NCBI GenBank assembly: GCA_023426625.1
Contig: JAFAAJ010000037.1
Location: 1-39,262 of the forward strand
Direction: 5' to 3'
Length of the DNA: 39,262 nt
Source: Bacteroidota bacterium
GTDB lineage: Bacteria > Bacteroidota > Bacteroidia > Flavobacteriales > Weeksellaceae
Shown: in pieces, positions 17,423 to 27,199 of the stretch
Layout of the letters: every line of letters starts with the position of its first letter
Position numbering within the stretch: the first letter of the stretch is position 1
Position numbers and translations under genes: made by a program
Notes under the pieces: generated by a model
What the model was told of the DNA's origin: nothing
Database searches by the model: none
Seen by the model: only the letters and a program-made list of their open reading frames with translations

Positions 17423-18076
17423 ATGACGCATGATTCGTTTGTACATAAAGGAAAAAGAAAGATCTTAGTTGATTATCTTCGGAACAGAATAGGAATTTCG
17501 GACGAGAATGTGCTTCGTGCCATGAGTGAAGTTCCGAGACATCTATTTATAGAAAGTATTTTTGAAGATTTTGCCTATGAAGACCGGGCTTTCCCGATTT
17601 TGGCAAATCAAACGATATCTCATCCTTCAACGGTAGCGGAACAGTCTGAACTTTTACAAGTAAAAGCGGGAGAAAAAGTTTTGGAAATTGGTACAGGTTG
17701 TGGTTATCAAACCGCTGTTTTATTGGCAATGAAGGCTTTGGTATACACAGTTGAAAGACAAAAAGACCTGTTTGATTTTTCAAAGAAAAAATTCAGGGAG
17801 CTGCATTTGCACCCTAAATTTCAGAGCTTTGGAGACGGATTTGCCGGACTTCCTACTTTTGCGCCTTTTGATAAGATCATTGTAACCTGTGGAGCTTCTG
17901 TATTGCCTACAGAGTTGTTAAAACAGCTGAAAGTAGGCGGTAAAATGGTTATTCCTTTGGGACCTACAGATGAACAAATTCTGTATAGATTCACTAAAGC
18001 TTCTCCGACGGAATTTGAAAAGGAAGAGTTTGGAGCTTACAAATTTGTTCCAATGTTGGGAAGTACCAATCAATAG
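17423..18076 (+). CDS. pcm: Protein-L-isoaspartate O-methyltransferase
   Basis: VPRHLF, QTISHP, VLEIGTGCGYQ, APFDKIIVT and FVPM motifs. Confidence 0.95.
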   Translation: MTHDSFVHKGKRKILVDYLRNRIGISDENVLRAMSEVPRHLFIESIFEDFAYEDRAFPILANQTISHPSTVAEQSELLQVKAGEKVLEIGTGCGYQTAVLLAMKALVYTVERQKDLFDFSKKKFRELHLHPKFQSFGDGFAGLPTFAPFDKIIVTCGASVLPTELLKQLKVGGKMVIPLGPTDEQILYRFTKASPTEFEKEEFGAYKFVPMLGSTNQ

Positions 18077-18144
18077 TTTTGAATTTTGATTTCGGAATGA
18101 AAATTGATCGTTTTTCATTACCTAATCACTTAAAATTTATTGTT

Positions 18145-18408
18145 ATGGATACGAACAGGTTTAAATCATCACATGATTTCAGTAATCTTCAGAAAAATCT
18201 GCACAATAATCCAGGATATAGTGTGGAAAGCTACTCTCAACAGGTTAAGGATTACATCAATGAGATGAAAAGCAGGAATGAAGAAGCAACCAAACAGGGA
18301 TTCATGTCTCATGCCAGAAAATCCGCAAAAGAGGTTTGGGAAGAAATGCAACACATGGCTTCCGAAGCCTGGGATAAAAATAAAGACCATTCAGATGAAG
18401 AAAAATAG
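18145..18408 (+). CDS. Small hydrophilic hypothetical protein
   Basis: ATG 18145 after an AT-rich leader; followed by a terminator. Confidence 0.7.
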   Translation: MDTNRFKSSHDFSNLQKNLHNNPGYSVESYSQQVKDYINEMKSRNEEATKQGFMSHARKSAKEVWEEMQHMASEAWDKNKDHSDEEK

Positions 18409-18432
18409 TTTTTAATCATTAAAGTTAAAGTG

Positions 18433-18467
18433 AAAAGCCTCGTTTCTTTCCGGAAATGAGGCTTTTT
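18433..18467 (+). terminator. Terminator
   Basis: AAAAGCCTCGTTTC...GAAATGAGGCTTTT. Confidence 0.8.
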
Positions 18468-18591
18468 ATTTGTTGATAGGTTCTTGTGTGAATGTTTAAG
18501 TTATTTGATATTTTCATGTAAAATTTTACTGAAATAAACATAGGAATGGAATTATTTTTGTTGCCATTACTGTACACCAATACTTACAATT

Positions 18592-18879
18592 ATGATACCT
18601 GAAGATAATATTAACGAGCAGGAAAGAAAATTGAAGCAAATGGATTATGATCCCAATGAAGACCTGTTCAATAAAGAAAAACACATTTCGCTGGACGGAG
18701 ACGGAAATCCGATCGAAGATGAAGATGCTGAAAATATGGATCTCAGTCTTGATGTCCCCGGTTCTGAAGATGATGATGAAATGGAACAAGTTGGAACCGA
18801 GGATGAAGAAAATAATTACTGGAGCCTTAGTGATAATGAGGATGACCACGAAGAAACCAATACAGATCTAATAAATTGA
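18592..18879 (+). CDS. Small highly acidic hypothetical protein
   Basis: LDVPGSE...GTEDEENNYWSL; Asp/Glu-rich. Confidence 0.8.
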   Translation: MIPEDNINEQERKLKQMDYDPNEDLFNKEKHISLDGDGNPIEDEDAENMDLSLDVPGSEDDDEMEQVGTEDEENNYWSLSDNEDDHEETNTDLIN

Positions 18880-18906
18880 CCTTGCTGATATCAGTAAGGT
18901 TTTTTT
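18879..18906 (+). terminator. Terminator
   Basis: ACCTTGCTGA-TA-TCAGTAAGGT plus T tract. Confidence 0.8.
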
Positions 18907-19062
18907 ATTCCTTTTGAATTTCAAATACATTAATTACTAATTCTTCTTTTTGATCGTGATCATAAAATTATAAACGTTTATTGTTGTATATTCTTCAAGT
19001 AAAATAGTTTCTGTTTGAAATTTTTATGAATTTATTGTGTTTATAATGCTAAACTGTAATCT

Positions 19063-22000
19063 ATGCTGAAATTTTTACGAATTATATTCTTATTGATAAG
19101 TGTTTTTACTTTTTCACAGGCTCCGGTAAATGTAAAAGTAACTGACGCTTCCGGAAATGAAAACTTTAATGTAAGCTGTACCAATGATCTTGATGCCAAT
19201 GGCTGTCTACAGCTACACGTAGAATATCCGGTTTTAAGGGAAACAACAAGCTATGAAGTGAGTTCATTGTCTTATAATCCACCTGTTCCGCTTAATCAGG
19301 GAACTCCTTTGAATGCCAATTTTGATGACGTATTTGCCACAAAGCTGGATCTGCCTTTCAAATTTTGTTTTTTTAATCAATATTTTGAAGCTTTGGTGGT
19401 GGGTTCTAACGGAATGGTTACTTTCGACCAGAGTCAGTTGGGAAACATCAATTATCCGAACGTACAATGGACAAATCCAAACAGCGGACTTCCTAAAAAT
19501 TCTATTTTCGGGGTGTATCATGATATAGTGTTTTCATCTTCAGATCAGTCGGAAATTTATTATTCTACCATCGGAACAGCGCCTAACAGAAAATTTGTAA
19601 TTAATTTTTATGAAGGAAGGATTGCAGGGTGTACGGAACGCTCTTCTTCCCAGATCGTGCTGCATGAAACAACAAATGTTATTGAAGTTTTCGTAGATAA
19701 AAAGCCATTACCATGCCCTACCAGAAAATTTGAAAATGCACTCATAGGAGTTATTAATAATGATGGAAGTATAGGATTTTCTCCCGCTTCCAGAAATACA
19801 GGAAACTGGCAGGCTTCGCAGGAAGGCTGGAAATTCAGTCCGTTGGGGAATGTTATTCAGCCGCAGGTTACCTGGACGAATGCTGCAGGTCAAACCGTAG
19901 GAACAGGAGCACAAGCGAATATTTGTCCTACACAAAATGAAGTTTATACAGCGAATGTAAGCTTCAATATCTGTGGAAATAGCGTACTTACGATAACAGA
20001 TGATTTCGCCGTGACTTTTGCTGCCAATTATCCGGTTGCCAAAAACCATACTCAGAATTTTTGTGGTAATGCCCCTGTGAATATTAATCTCAATACTTTT
20101 CAAGCAAATCTTACTTCTCAGAATCCTGCTAATTTTAATTTTACTTTTCATAACACTTTGCAAGATGCCCAAAACGGACAGAACGCCTTACCTACAAATT
20201 ATTCTCTGAATGCCAATACGGTTTTATATGTAAGAATCCAGAATCCGACAATACCTGCCTGTTTCAGAGTGGCAGTGTTAACACTTAATTTCCTTACCAA
20301 AAGTTTATTGAAGGATACAGTATTGCTTTGTGATACCAATAATGACGGTGTAGAACAGAATTATGATCTCACCTTGTTAAATAATGAGCTTTTTGCTCCG
20401 GGAACTCTAGGTATTTCTTATCACCTTACTCAGGCGGCTGCTCAAAATAATACCAATGCAGTGCTTACAGCTGATATAACAGGCAGTACCAATATTTGGG
20501 TTCGATTACAGGAGGGAAATTGTACCTATGTTTTAGGACCTGTACATTTCCAGTTTAATCCGGGGGTTAATATCAATTCGCCTGTTGCCTTTCCATACAC
20601 TGTATGTGATATTAATGCAGATAATCAGGAGCTGTTTGATTTTGCTTTGAATGTAGGACCACTGGTTTCAACACAGCCGGGAGCTGTTTTTATAGCTTAT
20701 GAAACGTATGCAGATGCATTTGCAGGGACAGGAATTGCTCTTACTTCCATAAAAGAAGGACAATATCCTGTTTTTATCAGAGTGGAAATTCCGAACGGAT
20801 GTTTTGCGGTTGCTCAGGTGAATATGAATGTAACATTTACCAAAATAATTGTAGATGAAAAAAATGAATATATCTGTTTTAACGGAACCGATGATATTTC
20901 CGTAAATCTGACTGCATTGTCAGCAAATATGCTGATCGCGCCGTCTTCTGTGCCGGTTACAGAGTTTTATGCTGATTTTGCAAGTGCTATGTCGGGCAAC
21001 AATCCTATCGGTCCGAATCAGGTCATCACAACGGACGGGAATTTTGTTACCAAAACTTTTTATGTCCGTTTTGAACAATCAGATACCTGCTTTACGGTAA
21101 GAGCTATCCATGTGAATCTGGTGCATCCTGTTGCTGTTCAGTCCAACTTTACCTACTGTGATTTTGATAATGATAATACGGAGAATGTACTGTTGTCACA
21201 ATTTTCTTCAGCAATAATCGGGACACAAAATGCAACGGTAACGTATTATCTTACTTTAGTTAATGCCCAGAATGGTATCAATCCTATTACCAGTGTTTCC
21301 GTTTCGGGAACTCAGCAGGTTTTTGTAAAGATCGTCTCACACGGTTGCGAACAGATATATCCGGTGAATCTGACGCTTGTTTCAACTCCAGTGGTCAATT
21401 CTCCGGTAACTATTTCTTTAATGAATATTTGTGACAACAATAATAACGGAACGGAAATCTATAATCTGACTCAGGTGCAGTCTCAGATCTATACCGGATC
21501 CAATGTCACTTTTACGTATTATACATCTTATAATCCGACAAATCAGACACTTTCAGGTCAAATTACAACACCTACACAATTCACGATACAACCCGGAAAT
21601 ATTACGGTTTATGTCAAGGTGAAATTTATGAATAGTGAATGTTTTTCAGTATCCCAGTTTAACTTGCAGGTCTCATTTTTGCCACCTGTAGTGTTAAATA
21701 ATGCTGTTTTGGATAAGTGTGATGAAGATTTCAATCTGAGCGAAACTTTCCAGTTGAATGATGCGATTCCGCAGTTATTCATTGCCTCACAGAATACACA
21801 GCCACTTTCGGATATGACAATATCATACTACAATACTGCAGCTGAAGCCAATGCCGGAAATCCGACAACACAGATCGGAAACAGTGTGACGACCAATATT
21901 TCGACAGTGCAGGTTTGGGCGAGATTTCAGTCGCAGACTACGGGATGTTATTCCGTCGCACCTATCCAGTTAAATACCTATTTTCCACCAAAAGCTATTA

Positions 22001-23265
22001 ATTCAACCATTACAGTATGTGATGAGAATCTGGATGGAAGTTATGAGGTCAACCTGATGAATTATACCAATCAGATGGTAGATCTTCCTAATCCTGCGAA
22101 TACTTTTAGCTTTTATCTTACGCAGGCAGATGCAGAGAACGGAGTGAATGCTATTGCGAATCCTCAGAATTTTACAGCGAATCCTTTCCCTTCCCAGATT
22201 TGGGTGAAAGTTCAGAATATACCGGGTTGTGACGATATTGCCAATATCAGCTTCGTAATAGGAACCAAGGTAACGCTTCTGAATGGAGGTCCTTTTCTGC
22301 TTAATAATGTATGCGATACAGCCAACGACGGCATTGAAAGTGTGAATTTAACGCAGTTCCAGCCACAAATGTATACCGGAGCGAGCGTTACATTTACTTA
22401 TTATCCTTCATTAGCTGATCTGAATTCCAATACAAATGTGATCACAACTCCTGCAGCATATCAGTTCAATCAGAATACAGGACCGAATATCATTTATGTA
22501 AAAGTCAGTGTTCCGGGATTTTGTCCTGAAGTGGCGGAAATTCATTTGTCACTAAAACCAACACCGGTTTTTGGTATTTCTGATCTGTATTTCTGTCCGG
22601 ATAGTTCTTTGGATTATACCGTTCAGATCAACAATTATAATATTGTAAGCTATGTATGGACTGATCCTTCCGGGCAGGTTATCTCAAATACGGACACAAT
22701 TTCCGGAATTACAGCACTTGGAACGTACAGTCTCACCGTAACAGCAGATAATGGATGCTCTTATACCGATACGTTTGAAGTGAAGCATTTTGATGTGCCT
22801 GTCATTCAAAGTCTGGAAGCTAATGGAAACAGTTATACAGTTCACGCAACGGGAACAAGTCCTATTTTATATTCAATAGATGGTATTACGTGGCAAACAA
22901 GCAATATTTTCTATAACCTACCTACCGGAATTACTACATTCTATGTAAAATATGTGGAAGGAGAGTGTATCATTAAACAGGATGGTGTGATCCTCGATAT
23001 TAAAAATGCCATTACACCTAATGGAGATGGTTTGAATGACTATTGGATCATAAAAGACCTTCACGTTTTCGGAAATAAAAAATCCAATGTGAAAATATTC
23101 GACCGCTATGGGTTTAAAGTCTTTGAACAGGATACCAATACCCAGATCAGATGGGACGGAACCATTGCCGGAAGAACAGTGTCTACATCCACCTATTGGT
23201 ATGTAATAACCCTTCCGGATGGCAGAACATTTACAGGTTGGGTAGTTGTGAAGAGTAATAATTAA
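19063..23265 (+). CDS. Large T9SS type B sorting-domain (gliding motility-associated CTD) surface protein
   Basis: Signal peptide; repeated CDxxxDG...(Y/F)xL...DAxxGxN modules; C-terminal NAITPNGDGLNDYW...IFDRYG...WDG...STYWY. Confidence 0.92.
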   Translation: MLKFLRIIFLLISVFTFSQAPVNVKVTDASGNENFNVSCTNDLDANGCLQLHVEYPVLRETTSYEVSSLSYNPPVPLNQGTPLNANFDDVFATKLDLPFKFCFFNQYFEALVVGSNGMVTFDQSQLGNINYPNVQWTNPNSGLPKNSIFGVYHDIVFSSSDQSEIYYSTIGTAPNRKFVINFYEGRIAGCTERSSSQIVLHETTNVIEVFVDKKPLPCPTRKFENALIGVINNDGSIGFSPASRNTGNWQASQEGWKFSPLGNVIQPQVTWTNAAGQTVGTGAQANICPTQNEVYTANVSFNICGNSVLTITDDFAVTFAANYPVAKNHTQNFCGNAPVNINLNTFQANLTSQNPANFNFTFHNTLQDAQNGQNALPTNYSLNANTVLYVRIQNPTIPACFRVAVLTLNFLTKSLLKDTVLLCDTNNDGVEQNYDLTLLNNELFAPGTLGISYHLTQAAAQNNTNAVLTADITGSTNIWVRLQEGNCTYVLGPVHFQFNPGVNINSPVAFPYTVCDINADNQELFDFALNVGPLVSTQPGAVFIAYETYADAFAGTGIALTSIKEGQYPVFIRVEIPNGCFAVAQVNMNVTFTKIIVDEKNEYICFNGTDDISVNLTALSANMLIAPSSVPVTEFYADFASAMSGNNPIGPNQVITTDGNFVTKTFYVRFEQSDTCFTVRAIHVNLVHPVAVQSNFTYCDFDNDNTENVLLSQFSSAIIGTQNATVTYYLTLVNAQNGINPITSVSVSGTQQVFVKIVSHGCEQIYPVNLTLVSTPVVNSPVTISLMNICDNNNNGTEIYNLTQVQSQIYTGSNVTFTYYTSYNPTNQTLSGQITTPTQFTIQPGNITVYVKVKFMNSECFSVSQFNLQVSFLPPVVLNNAVLDKCDEDFNLSETFQLNDAIPQLFIASQNTQPLSDMTISYYNTAAEANAGNPTTQIGNSVTTNISTVQVWARFQSQTTGCYSVAPIQLNTYFPPKAINSTITVCDENLDGSYEVNLMNYTNQMVDLPNPANTFSFYLTQADAENGVNAIANPQNFTANPFPSQIWVKVQNIPGCDDIANISFVIGTKVTLLNGGPFLLNNVCDTANDGIESVNLTQFQPQMYTGASVTFTYYPSLADLNSNTNVITTPAAYQFNQNTGPNIIYVKVSVPGFCPEVAEIHLSLKPTPVFGISDLYFCPDSSLDYTVQINNYNIVSYVWTDPSGQVISNTDTISGITALGTYSLTVTADNGCSYTDTFEVKHFDVPVIQSLEANGNSYTVHATGTSPILYSIDGITWQTSNIFYNLPTGITTFYVKYVEGECIIKQDGVILDIKNAITPNGDGLNDYWIIKDLHVFGNKKSNVKIFDRYGFKVFEQDTNTQIRWDGTIAGRTVSTSTYWYVITLPDGRTFTGWVVVKSNN

Positions 23266-23292
23266 TATCATATAAGCATAACTTTCAATTAG

Positions 23293-23323
23293 AACCTTGC
23301 TGAATTTTTCAGTAAGGTTTTTT
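23293..23323 (+). terminator. Terminator
   Basis: AACCTTGCTGAA-TTT-TTCAGTAAGGTT plus T tract. Confidence 0.8.
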
Positions 23324-23358
23324 ATTTTTGAAGTACCATTCTATTCTGAAATACAGAC

Positions 23359-23411
23359 ATTCCCATCCCTTGGAGGGGTGTCTTCGAACTGAAAGGAGAA
23401 GACGGGGTGGT
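23359..23411. repeat. Left bipartite inverted repeat flanking the DUF559 gene
   Basis: ATTCCCATCCCTTGGAGGGGTG (23359-23380) and GAAGACGGGGTGGT (23398-23411). Confidence 0.85.
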
Positions 23412-23429
23412 TAAAAAACGAAAACACAA

Positions 23430-23867
23430 ATGAAAGAGATACTAACTCAAATCAACGGGGTTCCTATCCGCAGGAACTTCGTGGAAAACCTTCCATTTAA
23501 TCCTAACTTAAAAGTATTATTGAGAGATAAGCGCAAAGCAGGAATTTTAAGTGAAGTATTGTTCTGGAAACAAGTTCGTGCAAAAACATTCCATCATATT
23601 GATTTTGACAGGCAGAGAATCATTGGAAATTATATTGTAGATTTTTATGTGAAAACATTGGGGCTCGTTGTTGAAATTGATGGTTCGAGCCATGATCTGA
23701 AACAGGACTATGACGATGTTCGACAAATCTATTTAGAGTCTTTAGGATTGATCGTTTTCAGAATTACGGATTTTGATGTTAGAAATAAGCTTTCTGTTGT
23801 TATGAAAGAGTTGGAAGACTTTATTGTGCGGCACTATGGGACCACCCCGTCTTCCAAAATTCAGTAA
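23430..23867 (+). CDS. DUF559 / Vsr-like endonuclease domain protein
   Basis: SEVLFW, FDRQRIIGNYIVDFY and LVVEIDGSSH motifs, plus LESLGLIVFRI. Confidence 0.9.
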   Translation: MKEILTQINGVPIRRNFVENLPFNPNLKVLLRDKRKAGILSEVLFWKQVRAKTFHHIDFDRQRIIGNYIVDFYVKTLGLVVEIDGSSHDLKQDYDDVRQIYLESLGLIVFRITDFDVRNKLSVVMKELEDFIVRHYGTTPSSKIQ

Positions 23868-23900
23868 ATTTTGAAATCCACCCCTCCAGAGGAGGGGAAT
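23841..23900. repeat. Right bipartite inverted repeat flanking the DUF559 gene
   Basis: ACCACCCCGTCTTC (23841-23854; exact reverse complement of 23398-23411) and CACCCCTCCAGAGGAGGGGAAT (23879-23900). Confidence 0.85.
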
Positions 23901-23991
23901 TTTTTACGTTTAGTTGCGTGTATTTTCTAATTTGAATATCTTTAAAACTTCAAAAACTTTGAATCTTAAACATTGAACTTTGAATAACAAT

Positions 23992-25977
23992 ATGACTTTT
24001 CAAGAGCAAATACAACAGGGAATACCTAGTCAATTACCACAACCCAAACCATACGAATCCAATATCAACCATGCGCCGAAGCGTAAAGAAATTTTAGGCG
24101 AAGAAGAAAAAAAGCTGGCCTTAAAGAATGCTTTACGTTATTTCGATCCGAAATTTCATGCAGAATTGTTGCCGGAATTCAGACAGGAACTGGAAGATTA
24201 CGGGAGAATATATATGTATCGCTTCCGTCCCGACTACGAAATGAAGGCAAGACCTATCACAGATTATCCGGGAAAATCTGAGCAGGCAAAAGCCATTATG
24301 CTGATGATTCAGAATAATTTGGATTATGCAGTAGCTCAGCATCCGCATGAACTGATTACCTATGGTGGGAATGGGGCGGTATTTTCAAATTGGGCACAGT
24401 ATCTCCTTACCATGAAGTATTTGTCTGAAATGACGGATGAACAGACTTTGGTAATGTATTCAGGGCATCCGATGGGATTATTTCCTTCCCATAAAGATGC
24501 ACCGAGAGTAGTGGTGACCAATGGAATGATGATCCCGAATTATTCAAAACCGGATGATTGGGAAAAATTCAATGCATTAGGAGTAACGCAGTACGGACAA
24601 ATGACGGCAGGAAGTTATATGTATATCGGTCCACAGGGAATTGTTCACGGGACTACGATCACGGTTCTGAATGCATTCAGAAAAATCAATAAAGAGCCGA
24701 AAGGTGGACTTTTTGTAACTTCAGGATTAGGCGGAATGAGTGGAGCGCAGCCAAAAGCAGGGAATATTGCAGGTTGTGTTACTGTTTGTGCGGAAGTCAA
24801 TCCAAAGATCACGAAGATCCGTCACGACCAGAAATGGGTGAATGAGATTTATGAAGACCTCGATCAGTTGGTACAGAGAGTAAAAACTGCACAGGAAAAC
24901 AAGGAAACTGTTTCTTTGGCTTATCTTGGAAATATAGTTGAGGTTTGGGAAAAATTTGACCAGGAAGATCTTAGAATAGATATAGGTTCTGATCAGACTT
25001 CCCTTCACAATCCTTGGGCGGGAGGATATTATCCTGTCGGGCAAAGCTTTGAGGAATCTAATACCATGATGGCAGAAGATCCTGAATTATTCAAGGAAAA
25101 AGTTCAGGAAAGCTTAAGAAGACATGCAGCAGCGATCAATAAACATACAGAAAAAGGAACCTATTTCTTCGATTACGGAAATGCCTTCTTGTTGGAAGCT
25201 TCCAGAGCCGGAGCAGATGTAATGTCTGAAAATCCGACTTTAGGAAGAGAGTTTAAATATCCAAGTTATGTTCAGGACATTATGGGACCTATGTGTTTCG
25301 ATTACGGTTTCGGTCCGTTCCGTTGGGTTTGTACAAGCGGAAAACCTGAGGATTTGCAAAAAACGGATGATATCGCATGTGCTATTTTAGAAGAAATTCA
25401 GCAAAATTCTCCTGAAGAGATCCAACAGCAGATGAAAGATAATATTCAGTGGATCAAAGGAGCTCAGGAAAATAAACTGGTAGTAGGTTCACAGGCAAGG
25501 ATTCTTTACGCAGATGCGGAAGGAAGAATGAAAATTGCAGAAGCATTCAACAAAGCCATAAAAAACGGAGAAATAGGACCTGTAGTTTTGGGAAGGGACC
25601 ATCACGATGTTTCAGGAACGGACTCTCCGTACAGAGAAACTTCCAATATCTATGACGGTTCCAGATTTACGGCAGATATGGCAATCCATAACGTGATCGG
25701 TGACAGTTTCCGTGGGGCAACCTGGGTTTCGATCCACAACGGAGGCGGTGTTGGTTGGGGAGAAGTAATCAATGGAGGTTTCGGAATGTTGTTGGATGGA
25801 AGTGATGATGCGGACAGAAGACTGAAGTCCATGCTGTTCTGGGATGTGAATAACGGAATCTCAAGAAGAAGCTGGGCTAGAAATGAAGGTGCAATTTTCG
25901 CCATAAAAAGAGCAATGGAGGTGGAGCCAAACCTGAAAGTGACCTTACCGAATTTTGTGGATGAAAGTTTGTTTTAG
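23992..25977 (+). CDS. hutU: Urocanate hydratase (long form)
   Basis: GQMTAGS, IGPQGIVHGT, GLGGMSGAQ, DQTSLHN, GRDHHD, SPYRET and HNGGGVG motifs. Confidence 0.97.
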   Translation: MTFQEQIQQGIPSQLPQPKPYESNINHAPKRKEILGEEEKKLALKNALRYFDPKFHAELLPEFRQELEDYGRIYMYRFRPDYEMKARPITDYPGKSEQAKAIMLMIQNNLDYAVAQHPHELITYGGNGAVFSNWAQYLLTMKYLSEMTDEQTLVMYSGHPMGLFPSHKDAPRVVVTNGMMIPNYSKPDDWEKFNALGVTQYGQMTAGSYMYIGPQGIVHGTTITVLNAFRKINKEPKGGLFVTSGLGGMSGAQPKAGNIAGCVTVCAEVNPKITKIRHDQKWVNEIYEDLDQLVQRVKTAQENKETVSLAYLGNIVEVWEKFDQEDLRIDIGSDQTSLHNPWAGGYYPVGQSFEESNTMMAEDPELFKEKVQESLRRHAAAINKHTEKGTYFFDYGNAFLLEASRAGADVMSENPTLGREFKYPSYVQDIMGPMCFDYGFGPFRWVCTSGKPEDLQKTDDIACAILEEIQQNSPEEIQQQMKDNIQWIKGAQENKLVVGSQARILYADAEGRMKIAEAFNKAIKNGEIGPVVLGRDHHDVSGTDSPYRETSNIYDGSRFTADMAIHNVIGDSFRGATWVSIHNGGGVGWGEVINGGFGMLLDGSDDADRRLKSMLFWDVNNGISRRSWARNEGAIFAIKRAMEVEPNLKVTLPNFVDESLF

Positions 25978-25979
25978 AT

Positions 25980-26423
25980 TTGAAAATATATTCCGCAAGA
26001 TATAACAAAAGCCAATTGATATTATTTTCGGAAAATACTCCTGAAATTGGCAGAATTGCAGAAAGCTATAGGGTCATTTATGTAAAACATGATATTGTAT
26101 TTAATTCAAAGAGATATCCTATAAAATATGTAGGTTTCTTATGGAATGATTCTGAACTTACGGATACGCAACAAATAATTTATCGCACGGATTTCGCAAA
26201 AAACAGAATTTTTAAACAAGGAGCAGGTTTTAAGTTTTATACTTTTAAACTAGGCAAAATTAGTCAGCTCTTTGATGAAAAGAACTTAGTCATAGAAATC
26301 AGAAGAAAAGAAAATTGGTTTAAAAATCCTACTTTTGATATTGAGACGGATAATTCTATAGATGAGTTATTACTATTGTTCTTTTTATATTATTCAACCA
26401 GAGAGTTTAGTTCGATTGGATAA
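25980..26423 (+). CDS. Hypothetical protein
   Basis: 147-aa ORF with TTG start, 2 bp after the hutU stop and ending before a terminator. Confidence 0.6.
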   Translation: MKIYSARYNKSQLILFSENTPEIGRIAESYRVIYVKHDIVFNSKRYPIKYVGFLWNDSELTDTQQIIYRTDFAKNRIFKQGAGFKFYTFKLGKISQLFDEKNLVIEIRRKENWFKNPTFDIETDNSIDELLLLFFLYYSTREFSSIG

Positions 26424-26442
26424 TATCTGGTTATTGTAAAAT

Positions 26443-26471
26443 AAAAACTCAGCATTTTGCTGAGTTTTTTT
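26443..26471 (+). terminator. Terminator
   Basis: AAAAACTCAGCA-TTT-TGCTGAGTTTTT. Confidence 0.85.
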
Positions 26472-26510
26472 ATTTAGGATTAGAATGTAGAATATTGTTT
26501 TTATATAAAA

Positions 26511-26587
26511 TTTAATGCAAAGATTTTTTATGAGATTACGTATAATTTAAGAAAGCAAAGAATGGCGGCTGTGTCGCTGATTAAGCT
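26511..26587. repeat. Partial copy (C) of the CGCAAAG repeat family
   Basis: TTTAATGCAAAG...TTAAGAAAGCAAAGAATGGCGGCTGTGTCGCTGATTAAGCT aligns to the reverse complement of about 29567-29640. Confidence 0.75.
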
Positions 26588-26682
26588 GGTGCAAAAGAAA
26601 GAATTTTGTCATAATTTTTACTATTTTTCAGAAAACTGTAACATTTTTATTGAAATCAGACCAACTCTTTAGAGTAAGAACC

Positions 26683-27183
26683 ATGGCTTCATTAGAACAG
26701 GAATTTTTAGATAAAATCGAAAAACATAAAGGAATCATTTTCAAGATTTCTAAGATGTATATGGATGATAAGGAAGACCGGGATGATCTTTTTCAGGAAA
26801 TTACTTTTCAGGTCTGGAAGGCATATCCCACGTTCAGAGGTGATAGTGAATTTTCCACATGGCTGTACCGGATAGCCCTCAATACCGCGATCGTGTTCTT
26901 GAAATCGGAAAAAAAGAGAAATTTTATCAGTAATGAAGATTTCTCCACCTATAAAATTGTACAGGAAGAATACAATTATGAAAAGGAAGAAAAGCTGGCT
27001 GCAATGTATAAAGCGATCCATCAACTGAATCCCATTGACAAAGCCTTTATTTTTTATTTTCTCGAAGATTTTTCAGGAAAAGAGATTGCAGAACAGATGG
27101 GAATTTCCGAAGGGAATGCAAGAGTAAAAATGAACCGGGCCAAAAATAAACTGAAAGATATTTTAAACGCAAATACTTATTAA
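26683..27183 (+). CDS. ECF RNA polymerase sigma-70 factor
   Basis: DLFQE, FSTWLYRIALN and region 4 SGKEIAEQMGIS motifs; ATG 26683. Confidence 0.93.
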   Translation: MASLEQEFLDKIEKHKGIIFKISKMYMDDKEDRDDLFQEITFQVWKAYPTFRGDSEFSTWLYRIALNTAIVFLKSEKKRNFISNEDFSTYKIVQEEYNYEKEEKLAAMYKAIHQLNPIDKAFIFYFLEDFSGKEIAEQMGISEGNARVKMNRAKNKLKDILNANTY

Positions 27184-27199
27184 TTTTAAATCAATACCA

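Noticed and set aside
26637..26670. Autoregulatory ECF promoter (TGTAAC at 26637-26642)
   Set aside because: A plausible -35 element, but there is one instance only and no confident -10, so it is not listed as a feature.
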